Source: Poseidonia sp. (GTDB lineage: Archaea; Thermoplasmatota; Poseidoniia; Poseidoniales; Poseidoniaceae). From it: a stretch of 64,000 bases of DNA. The translations under genes and the position numbers were made by a program. Within the stretch, counting starts at the first letter, position 1, and each line of letters starts with the position of its first letter. The stretch spans positions 1 through 64,000 of the forward strand of contig CBFIDD010000006.1 in the NCBI GenBank assembly GCA_965661285.1, read 5' to 3'. Of this stretch, positions 9,401 through 17,206 are shown one piece after another. Below the pieces are notes generated by a model, which was given only the letters and a program-made list of their open reading frames with translations, ran no database searches and was not told the DNA's origin.

Positions 9401-11423
9401 CCGTGCCACCGGTGGTGGAATACCCTTGGAAGAAGTCGTTGCCGAGCCACTCATTCCCGTTCGAGTCAACCAAAATGAGGTCGAGGTTGTTGACCAGTCG
9501 TGCCTCGGATTGTGGAGCGTTGGCACTTCCTGCTTCATCGGTCCACGCCAGCGTGAGGTCCAAGCCATGGCTGGGGTCGATGGAAAACGAGTAGAGCAGG
9601 CCGAAGCCCGGTGCGAGGACCTTCCGGTCGTCGAAGAAAGTGTTCAGCGGGGTTGTGTCGTCCATGGGAAGGACGGTGCGTTCCAAATCGATCTCCCCCC
9701 AACCCTCGGCTGCGTTTGGAATATCTGGCGTACCCAAGTCCCGTGCACCGTTGATCATGGCGGCCTTCACCAGTGCACTTGATGGGGAGGAAATACCGGC
9801 TTCCTCACGAATGAATTCACGGGTGAGGCCAGCCACGCCGGAAGCGATGGCTGTCGCCTGTGAAGTCCCACTTAGCGACATGTAGTAGGCATTACCACCG
9901 GCGTGTGTACCCGTTAAGCACGAAGGCCCTGCCGGAGTTTTGGCTTCTTCAGCGAGCCCCGAACAAATACCGACACCCGGAGCGACGAGATCGGGCTTGA
10001 CCCTGCCGTCCAGGCTCGGGCCGAGGGATGAAAAATTGACGACGGCCCCTGCCGCAGGTGTCCCGGGTGCTCCCGTTGTTGAGGCACCAATTCCGATGAC
10101 GTTCTTGGCCGTACCCGGAGACGAAACTTGAGAGGCGCCGGAGGCACCTCGGTCGCCAACCGAGAAGATTGGCGTGAGGTCTTTCCGGTCGTGAACGAAG
10201 GTGTCAACCGAACGAGCATCGGCGGTGTACTGACCGTAGTTTCCATTCAACCCCCAAGCATTGACCGAAATACGAGCGGTCATTTGTTCTGCATCCCTGA
10301 GCATGTCATAGACTGACCCGATGCGGCCGAAGGTTCCCGTTGGGTCGTGTTCTAAAGCGTACATCACAAGGTTGGCAGCTGGAGCGACGCCACGTGCATC
10401 GGCATCCCCCGAACCGTTTCCAAGAACCGATACGGCGATGTGGGTGCCGTGACCGCTGTTCGTGTCGGCAGGCGAGGGGTCGAGACCGAATTGGGTGAAG
10501 GTGCCAGCCACACGACCTGTGAGGTCGGGATGATTTTGGTCCAGACCGGTATCGGCGATAGCGATCATCTCACCCGATCCGTCAAGGGTAAACGTGGCGT
10601 TATTGGCAACGTTCTGCACGCCTGCGATGGACCATGCGAGCGCGTTGTGGACGCGCAATTCAGCGGTTGGTTCGGTCCATAGAACACGGCCATCGAAGGC
10701 GATGTGGTGCACGAGTGAGCGGGCGGACGATGCATCGAAGGTGGCCAAGCACATCCATGCATCGCACGAAGCCTCACGTGCTCCATAATGAACCAAGTCG
10801 GTGGCGAGTTTGGCGTAGCCACCCACACCCAAGTCCGGTGTAGGGACAACAGCGACCGCATCGTATGCGGCGGGTTGGGCGAGCAGAGCGGGGTCCAAAC
10901 GCCACCCGGGCTGGTGATGCCCAACCCAACGAACAGCGTCTTCTTCCTGCAGGTCTGCAAGGCTGAATGAGCTCCCCTCCTCCGAAAGGCGGACCAGCCA
11001 TGCCTCGTCATGCATCACGTCCAGAACCGTCAAATCGTGCTTGGCGACGACAGCCTTCAAGGCCGTTCCGTCAGGTTCATGCAGTTGGAGAATGACCATG
11101 CCGGTGTGTGATGCGTCGTGGTTTCGCAGCAGACTCGCCGGAGCCTCTGGACCTTCGCCAAACAACGGGTCGAAACTTCCCGACGCCAGGTGAATCAAAC
11201 CGGTCGATTTCATCAGCGATGTGGTCACAACGCTCGCCGAAGGCATGGCGTTCCAGAGTGATGCCGCCAGTTCAAGGCGTTCCTGCTCCGTTCTGTCGTC
11301 CGATGGGACCGCTTCCGTTTCCGGTGTTTCCTCGGACGGAGAAGCCGTGGCCGTGATGGCAACAGAAAGCGGTGTTGAAACCATCAGGAAGAGAACGAGC
11401 ATGAGCGAGGCTCGCGAAAGCAT
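6459..11423 (-). CDS. Membrane-anchored S8 (KP-43-like) serine peptidase with CARDB and Ig-like repeats, C-terminal TM and Pro-rich tail
   Basis: Signal peptide; DTG, GHGTH, SGTS triad; RVKPDLVAPG; CARDB (PDLAV..VAEMND..NN); repeated V.NTGN modules; start 11423 or 11429. Confidence 0.92.
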   Translation of the reverse strand: MLSRASLMLVLFLMVSTPLSVAITATASPSEETPETEAVPSDDRTEQERLELAASLWNAMPSASVVTTSLMKSTGLIHLASGSFDPLFGEGPEAPASLLRNHDASHTGMVILQLHEPDGTALKAVVAKHDLTVLDVMHDEAWLVRLSEEGSSFSLADLQEEDAVRWVGHHQPGWRLDPALLAQPAAYDAVAVVPTPDLGVGGYAKLATDLVHYGAREASCDAWMCLATFDASSARSLVHHIAFDGRVLWTEPTAELRVHNALAWSIAGVQNVANNATFTLDGSGEMIAIADTGLDQNHPDLTGRVAGTFTQFGLDPSPADTNSGHGTHIAVSVLGNGSGDADARGVAPAANLVMYALEHDPTGTFGRIGSVYDMLRDAEQMTARISVNAWGLNGNYGQYTADARSVDTFVHDRKDLTPIFSVGDRGASGASQVSSPGTAKNVIGIGASTTGAPGTPAAGAVVNFSSLGPSLDGRVKPDLVAPGVGICSGLAEEAKTPAGPSCLTGTHAGGNAYYMSLSGTSQATAIASGVAGLTREFIREEAGISSPSSALVKAAMINGARDLGTPDIPNAAEGWGEIDLERTVLPMDDTTPLNTFFDDRKVLAPGFGLLYSFSIDPSHGLDLTLAWTDEAGSANAPQSEARLVNNLDLILVDSNGNEWLGNDFFQGYSTTGGTADAVNNVERIRVAPGTLPSGSGDWVVKVLHRGGTDQDFALVMTALATPTPQPDLAVFDGSILVSSENPLKDDLISIRLAWVNQGTSTTAPFDILLEDTTAQTTLATASRPALAPGAIDSYTIFHQFTTTGVHTLRLSIDTGNAVAEMNDVISGTDNNVWTQDVEVKALGVRVVVENADGTLPETAEERSSNAMMTLDVRNDSGIDIPLSVLHEGTGNQSVVLSATMVQVPVPGRDDFFLPSPDLWTRTFDESTTFALTAQGTETANKSINLRLEDIDADLTTDPSNPRFVRAGTYVVELTARYQYQPTVAHTQRITIEVEQLDQVQVVAAGTSGLEAVPGQSTVFSISVRNTGNAPAQYSIDCQSEERWQVMLGSSNSSQLDFEPLNILEYLPMSIRVFVPLIAEGVPAAGDTDTVTCYVTSLTDPSMNFTETVTITVLAQESFDVHLEDDDGRVGPNHLSPDIAVDSGEQVHLNMTIENTGNIGIDLDVSVLPDNPQWAIQVAHDGVQDSRRVSLSLGPGETTVVGLIFGVPLTAEEGDSNGFTIRTERSLSNFRQNITTLVVKDELGISLTPPAGSRIDTVVSDAFSYGEFVVKNTGNTNLGLTWTHGLAPDGWSVGFANPTVYLEPREEKTVRFGLVPPAQSEVSENAFEILIQVNATNNGRFFEASESVSVAVLPSSFGNITSLNDGEGLLQGISRSDGRTETFVIRNDGNVPLAGELTAVLLDKNDVERQDWSVVVEPSVVSGLAVGATLEVAVTLMPSDDVERGAARLLLNLTADGASLSSLEQVVSVEFAEGSTGLFNLLPPAVSAGLVAALLLGGVVLARRMKKSGELEDDGTTLVAPNTHANPDMLGERRDNALDLGTAVDELTSGEVSDEEIAQAIMQSMDLPSLPAAVPAGLPPAGMPSAAVPKGLPPAGLPPSKALPPLPMPTSPQPAPATPAPVAQAGPPLPPGGLPAGWTMEQWRHYGHEWLKRQG

Positions 11424-11490
11424 GAACATCGGACCAGTTCGCCACTTTTGAAGGAACCTCTTTGCTGTGTTGCAAGGGTGGGCGTTGAAG

Positions 11491-12528
11491 TCACAATCCG
11501 TAGTAGGCAGAAATGGCAGCGTCGGTCTTCTCAACAGACACGTTCCAATCGGCCTCCGTCCCCATCAAAGCACGAATGGCATCAACGTTTTCGGGGATGA
11601 CATCGGACTCTTGGTGGATGGCTTGGAAATAATACAGCGTATTACCGTCGAGTTTGACGCCATCTTCCCAAACAAAAATTTCGTGCAAATCACCCCATTT
11701 CCGCCCAATATCCCGGGCGTACTCCATCACCTCGGCCGTGGTGGTGATGTTGGTTTCCCCGCCGTTCATGATGATAATTCGGGGGTTTGAGCGCCAAAGC
11801 TCAAGCACGCTCTCCGTCGTCAAACCATGACCCTCGGGCAGGAAGGCAACGATGGAATGGCAGTGCATCAGGGTGGTTGGAACGGCAACAGCCATGGAAT
11901 TGATGTCAATTTCTGGCTTGACGGTCATCACGTCCGGTCCGTGATGCGAGGGCACCTTCAGGACCGGTTTGATGGCGTTGATGGGTCCCTTTTTGGAGTC
12001 GCCGGGGTCGGCAGCACGTCGAATCATGGTGCACTCGACCTTGAGCGAACCGCAGTGATTGTACAGCGGCACGAGGGTACGAGAGAGTCCGGTGGTGTTG
12101 CATGAGACTACGCGTGTCCCTGGGGCGTTCAGGTTCTCGGCGTGGTTTGCCGAAGACGTGTATGACATCCCGGCCATGTCGTGCTTTTCACCGCCCTGGA
12201 AGATGTACTTCACGCCCGCTGCCACATAGGCTTCTTTGTTGGCAGCGCCGACCTTGCCTGGCGAACAATCAACCACGACATCGGCCACAGCCAACAGGTC
12301 GCTCAAGCCACCGTGGCAGGTGTATCCTGCTGGAGCAAAAGCAGCAATTTTCTCCTTGTCGTTAAACGTACAATAGAGTGGAAATCCTTTGCGAACGGCA
12401 AGATCGCATCCGAACGAAGGGCGTGTTTTTGTCACGCCGACAATCTCCATATCATCCTGCGCATCAACCGCATCTGCGACTCGTTTTCCAATGGTTCCGT
12501 ATCCGTTGATGGCGACTTTGATGGTCAT
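11491..12528 (-). CDS. gap: Archaeal type II glyceraldehyde-3-phosphate dehydrogenase
   Basis: NGYGTIGKRVADAV, VVSCNTTGL, PSHHGPDV, IHQESDVIPENVDAIRA. Confidence 0.97.
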   Translation of the reverse strand: MTIKVAINGYGTIGKRVADAVDAQDDMEIVGVTKTRPSFGCDLAVRKGFPLYCTFNDKEKIAAFAPAGYTCHGGLSDLLAVADVVVDCSPGKVGAANKEAYVAAGVKYIFQGGEKHDMAGMSYTSSANHAENLNAPGTRVVSCNTTGLSRTLVPLYNHCGSLKVECTMIRRAADPGDSKKGPINAIKPVLKVPSHHGPDVMTVKPEIDINSMAVAVPTTLMHCHSIVAFLPEGHGLTTESVLELWRSNPRIIIMNGGETNITTTAEVMEYARDIGRKWGDLHEIFVWEDGVKLDGNTLYYFQAIHQESDVIPENVDAIRALMGTEADWNVSVEKTDAAISAYYGL

Positions 12529-12663
12529 GTTCATCTCCACTCCTTGCTCATGAAGGCCGTCAATAAAGCCTTCTTCATGGCTCAGAGGATACGCCTCGTG
12601 GAAATCGTGGTTCGTTCACCGAAGGACAGCAGTGTATTTGTGGGAGAGGGGCGAGCAAGGCCC

Positions 12664-14238
12664 ATGGCGGGTGTTTCCGAGGTCGTCTTGCGCTCGATGA
12701 ACATCAACGAGAAATTGGGGCCACGACTCGTTGCGGCGGCCGAACAGAACGCTATCCTCCGAATCGGTTGGACCAATGCCGGCGACCCGGTCCCAAAAAA
12801 CGGTGAACTTGGGTTGTGCCCTGCGCTCCCAGAAGGCGCTCGATTGCGCGCCCTTGGCGTCCTTGGCTCGTGGGTTGCAGCGTTCGGAAGCGGAGGGTCG
12901 TTCACCCTCCAAGGCGATGCTGGGAGTTTCCTCGGGGCGGCCAATCAAGGCACCACCGTCATTTGCGAACGCATGGCGGGACATTTCACTGGATACATGA
13001 TGGAAAAAGGCTCCATCACGGTCCTCGACGGGTGTGGCGATGATACGGGCGCCCACATGAAAGGTGGTCACATCGTCGTCCGAGGAGCAAGCGGTGCCCG
13101 AGTTGGCGGCGGGATGTCCGACGGTCTCATCGTGATCCACGGTGATGTTGGACCTGACCCCGGCGCAGGGATGACGGGCGGTCGAATCGTCATCAACGGG
13201 CGCTGCCCCACACCGCCCCCGGGGGTTCTTTTGCGGCCGCTGACCAAAAAAGAGGTCGCCGAAATCAACGGGCTCATCGAGGACGAGAGCATGCATGTTC
13301 CATCCGACGCCGTGTGTCTGGTACCTCAGAACGGATTGCATCTCGATACGACCGGCTACTCCGTCTCCTCAGATGACCTGTCAAACATCGGATTAACCAG
13401 CGAAAACACCCCACTTCGCACCTACGAAACCGTCGACACGGTGGCCTTGGTCGGTTTGGCCGAGGAGGTCCAATCACTTGCGCTCCCGCTGCCCCTTCTT
13501 CCCTGCACCCAGTCGGGTCAGACGATGCAGGCCACGAAGAGCCATGACGAGACCATCCATGACGTTCTCAACCGACATCCTGCCATGGTGCATGAACACC
13601 CACGAGCCGTTGACATCATCATGGTCTCCAACCACAACCTCACCTCCGTTCGAGATTCACTTCCTTCCGCTGGTGGCTTTGCCATCGACTTGCAAAACCT
13701 CCCACCCATGGATGCTGAACAACTCGACGGGCTCCTCGTCGCCCTCAGGTCAATGGCGATGGAGAAGGTACCTGTGGTGCTGGTTGAAGCCATCAGCAGA
13801 GTGCAGGCTTTGCATGCAAGGGCAGCACATCACAACATCGATGTGGCCATGGCACGCATAGAAGACGGTTCGGGGCTTTCCGAGGCCGCCGCTCTTCCAA
13901 TGACCGGGCGTTCAAAAAAGGAACATCTTGCCTCAGGGCACACACAAACCGGCTTCTTACTCGGGTTCGCAGCCAGTGGTCACGACCTTGGTGTTTTGAT
14001 GGCATCCGGTGTTGACATCGTCAGTTGCGCCGCTCCCATGGCTGATACCGAAGACATTGCCTATTGGCTCAAAGGCACGCAAGAAGATTTGGCCAACGAA
14101 TTGCGCAGGGTCGGCGTGAAGAGCATCGACGCCCTACAACGCAAGCATCTTAGAGCCCTTAATCAGGAGACGGCTGCGGTAAGTGGCCTGCGTTTGGCTG
14201 GCTACGAACGTCCGTTGCCCCACTGGTTTGCAAGGTGA
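12664..14238 (+). CDS. GXGXG (GltB-C/FwdC-like) domain fused to a degenerate glutamate-synthase FMN-domain-like region
   Basis: Gly-rich repeats (GDDTGAHMKGGHIVVRG, GAGMTGGRIVING); C-terminus resembles GltB2/GlxD ends (LRALNQETAAVSGLRLAG). Confidence 0.72.
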   Translation: MAGVSEVVLRSMNINEKLGPRLVAAAEQNAILRIGWTNAGDPVPKNGELGLCPALPEGARLRALGVLGSWVAAFGSGGSFTLQGDAGSFLGAANQGTTVICERMAGHFTGYMMEKGSITVLDGCGDDTGAHMKGGHIVVRGASGARVGGGMSDGLIVIHGDVGPDPGAGMTGGRIVINGRCPTPPPGVLLRPLTKKEVAEINGLIEDESMHVPSDAVCLVPQNGLHLDTTGYSVSSDDLSNIGLTSENTPLRTYETVDTVALVGLAEEVQSLALPLPLLPCTQSGQTMQATKSHDETIHDVLNRHPAMVHEHPRAVDIIMVSNHNLTSVRDSLPSAGGFAIDLQNLPPMDAEQLDGLLVALRSMAMEKVPVVLVEAISRVQALHARAAHHNIDVAMARIEDGSGLSEAAALPMTGRSKKEHLASGHTQTGFLLGFAASGHDLGVLMASGVDIVSCAAPMADTEDIAYWLKGTQEDLANELRRVGVKSIDALQRKHLRALNQETAAVSGLRLAGYERPLPHWFAR

Positions 14239-14243
14239 TTTCC

Positions 14244-15992
14244 ATGCCCACCATCTCCGTACCTCAATCCCTCCTCCGTTCGTTGATAGAGCAGCAAGGG
14301 TTTGTTCACGACATCACCGTGGTGAACGAGCAACTTCCGTTGCTTGGAACCGACATCGACGCCTGCACTGAGGAGCAGTTGGACATCGAAATTTTCCCCG
14401 ACCGCCCCGACCTGCTGAGCGGAGAAACCCTTGCGGTCGCCATGGCGAATTTCCTCCACGGTGCTCCATCAAAACCACATCTGGACGTCTCGAAAAGCGA
14501 CATCACCGTAACCGTCGATTCAAGTTTAAAGGCCATCCGTCCGATCATCTACGGTGCGGTGGTAAGGGATGTCGTTCTGCCAGAGGACGAAGAAGAGCGT
14601 GAAATGTTCATCAAGGGATTGATGGACCACCAAGAAAAACTCCATTTTGCCCTCGGTAGAGGACGCCGGCGTGCGTCCATCGGTGTGCACGACCTCAGCA
14701 AGCTCGCTCCCCCGTTCCGTGTCGTTAGCGTTCCCTCGAACCATCGCTTCGTACCCCTTGCGTGCGATGAGGCGATGAGTGTCTCGGAAATTCTTGAACA
14801 CCATCCAAAAGGGGTCGAGTATGCCCATTTGCTCGAGGGCATGAACGCCTATCCAATGATTCTTGACAAAAACGATGACGTTTTGTCCTTCCCCCCCATC
14901 ATTAACGGCGACCACACCACCGTCACCCACCAAACCAGGGATTTCTTCATCGATGTGACCGGCTGGGACGAGCGGGCATGCGAATCTGCCTTGATGCTGG
15001 TGTGTCTTCAACTCGCCCAACGAGGTGGTACGGTCCAAACCGTTGACATCACGACCTGCGAGGGTTCAACCATCACCACACCAAACGGTGAAGGACAGCA
15101 ACATTCCGTTCCAGAAGAACTCGTCAACCAACTTCTGGGCCGTTCATTCACCGACGAAGAGATTCAGACCGCAATTCAACGCATGGGGGGCCATTTCGAC
15201 GGACGACGAGCGGCACCGGTTAGCGCACCAGAGCGCACGCAGAAGATGGCCGAAGCCAGTGCGGGAACATCCGAACTTCTGTTGACCATGCCACGATGGC
15301 GCTTTGATATTCTTCATCCTGTTGACCTCGTCGAGGAATTGGCCATTGGACACGGTTACGAAGACCTCGGTGAAGACCTTCCAAAGGCGCCGTTGACCTC
15401 GGTGCCAAGAGATGACCATCACCTCCGAAGACGTCTTCGGGAATCCATGCAGGGCATGGGCATGGTGCAAATTCAATCCCTCACCCTCTCCAATCAGCAG
15501 GACCAATTTACCAACATGCGTTGGACGCCGTCCCATGAGGTGACCACCATCACCAACCCCATCACGGTCGACCACACGATTCTACGGCAACACCTTCTGC
15601 CCGGTCTGCTCAAACTGCTCGCAACAAATCGACACCACGACCTGCCCCAATCCGTTTACGAACTGGGGACCGTTGTGCGTGATCATCGAAACGAAAATCG
15701 TCTGGCCTTCCTCACAGCAGAGCGTAGTGGTGGATTTGCAGCCGTACGCGGTCGTATTCAGGCCCTTTGCACCGACATGGGCATTGATGACTGGTCTGCT
15801 GAGCCGCTTCCTGAAAACGAAGGACCGTGGCTGGCAGGACGCGGAGCGAAATTGATGATCAACGGACAGTGGATTGGTTGCTTCGGAGAACTGGACCCAA
15901 CGGTTGCATCACACTATGACCTTCGCGTGCCGCTCAACGGCGGTGAATTGGACATCACGGCCTTGATGGCGGCGATTAAAGACCCCGTTTGA
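14244..15992 (+). CDS. pheT: Phenylalanine-tRNA ligase beta subunit
   Basis: MPTI start, PDRPDLLS.E, QEKLH..LGR.RR.ASIGVHD, VLSFPPIIN, RFDILHPVDLVEE. Confidence 0.96.
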   Translation: MPTISVPQSLLRSLIEQQGFVHDITVVNEQLPLLGTDIDACTEEQLDIEIFPDRPDLLSGETLAVAMANFLHGAPSKPHLDVSKSDITVTVDSSLKAIRPIIYGAVVRDVVLPEDEEEREMFIKGLMDHQEKLHFALGRGRRRASIGVHDLSKLAPPFRVVSVPSNHRFVPLACDEAMSVSEILEHHPKGVEYAHLLEGMNAYPMILDKNDDVLSFPPIINGDHTTVTHQTRDFFIDVTGWDERACESALMLVCLQLAQRGGTVQTVDITTCEGSTITTPNGEGQQHSVPEELVNQLLGRSFTDEEIQTAIQRMGGHFDGRRAAPVSAPERTQKMAEASAGTSELLLTMPRWRFDILHPVDLVEELAIGHGYEDLGEDLPKAPLTSVPRDDHHLRRRLRESMQGMGMVQIQSLTLSNQQDQFTNMRWTPSHEVTTITNPITVDHTILRQHLLPGLLKLLATNRHHDLPQSVYELGTVVRDHRNENRLAFLTAERSGGFAAVRGRIQALCTDMGIDDWSAEPLPENEGPWLAGRGAKLMINGQWIGCFGELDPTVASHYDLRVPLNGGELDITALMAAIKDPV

Positions 15993-16001
15993 GGAATTCA
16001 C

Positions 16002-16688
16002 GTGTGCGGTCGTTTCGCCTTGTCCACACCGATGCACGATGTTGCAAGGATGGCGGAGGCTGAACCGCTTTCCGACATTACCCCGTTTACGCCCTCGTGG
16101 AACGTCACTCCTCAGAGCCTCATTCCCGTCGGCACCGAAACAGGCGTCCACGGCGAGCCCGACGCCCCACGTCATTTTCGCCTCATGCGATGGGGTCTCC
16201 GACCTTCGTGGTCAAAACCTTCGAATCGCGAACCCATCAATGCTCGAAGCGAAACCATGCACGACAAACCAATGTTCCGGCGGGCAGCGCAATCACGCCG
16301 GGGATTTGTTCCAGCAAACGGCTGGTATGAATGGATGACGACACCCCAAGGGAAAGTGCCATGGTTTCACCAACGCATGGACGGCGGGCTTTCCTTCTTG
16401 GCGGTGCTTTGGGAAACGTGGACAAGCGCTGATGAGCATCTGGAATCCTGTGTCCTTCTGACGCAGGAAGCGAACGAAGACTGTGAAGATGTCCACAACA
16501 GGATGCCGGTGGTGCTCGACATCCATGGTTTGGAGGCATGGTTGGCCAGCGGCACACTCCCTCCATCTCCGGTATCTGGATTCATCGATCGGCACCCTGT
16601 TTCCCGAGACGTTAACAGCGTGAGCAACGACCATCCCGGCCTCGTCAAGCCGCTTCCCGGTCTGTTCAATCAGGAATACGGGTCGTAG
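16002..16688 (+). CDS. SRAP-family abasic-site processing protein (YedK/HMCES-like)
   Basis: MCGRF N-terminus, INARSET, WYEW, HNRMP. Confidence 0.93.
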   Translation: MCGRFALSTPMHDVARMAEAEPLSDITPFTPSWNVTPQSLIPVGTETGVHGEPDAPRHFRLMRWGLRPSWSKPSNREPINARSETMHDKPMFRRAAQSRRGFVPANGWYEWMTTPQGKVPWFHQRMDGGLSFLAVLWETWTSADEHLESCVLLTQEANEDCEDVHNRMPVVLDIHGLEAWLASGTLPPSPVSGFIDRHPVSRDVNSVSNDHPGLVKPLPGLFNQEYGS

Positions 16689-17113
16689 GTGCCATCGGCG
16701 TTTTGCACGTGAGGTGTGGATTCAAACGAACCGTCGGCGTTTTGCTTGTAGTGGTATCCATCGGTGTGATGAACCCAGGTGAACGACACCTCTTCTTGTT
16801 CGGCCTCAGCCGACTCAGCCGTCTCCACCGCCTCAGCCGTCTCGACCGCCTCGTTCTGAGACGCTGTGGTTTCACTGGCTGATGGCGCCGGTGCCGTCAC
16901 CCCGTCGTAGTGGACGGACTGGTCGGTCGCAGCTTGGACCTCCGAAGAACCATCGCCGAACAAGGCGAGGGCATCTTTGTATGCGCCAGCATCGGTTGCA
17001 ATACCGCCCCTCGCATTCGGATCTTCGCCACGTTTGTAAACGATAGGCGCAGGTTGTTGCTCATCTATTTCGACCACAGATTCCTTCTTTTTGAACGGCC
17101 AAAAGGGTGCCAT
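16670..17113 (-). CDS. Acidic hypothetical protein with aromatic C-terminal module
   Basis: 147-aa ORF filling the gap; putative promoter 21 nt upstream; duplicated (K/V)QNADG(S/T)(F/Y) repeat. Confidence 0.7.
   Translation of the reverse strand: MAPFWPFKKKESVVEIDEQQPAPIVYKRGEDPNARGGIATDAGAYKDALALFGDGSSEVQAATDQSVHYDGVTAPAPSASETTASQNEAVETAEAVETAESAEAEQEEVSFTWVHHTDGYHYKQNADGSFESTPHVQNADGTYDPYS
16814..16849. repeat. 18-bp tandem duplication encoding AVETAE x2
   Basis: ctcagccgtctccaccgc / ctcagccgtctcgaccgc. Confidence 0.7.
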
Positions 17114-17206
17114 GACGTTGCCACATACGTTTTCCTCATGAAGGCACCGACAAGGATGGATTCACGAGAGGGAGTGATTGATAGGGGGGAGTGTTGAGCA
17201 ACCACC

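Noticed and set aside
12181-12663. N-terminal extension of the 685-aa ORF
   Set aside because: Antisense to gap; the real start is probably 12664
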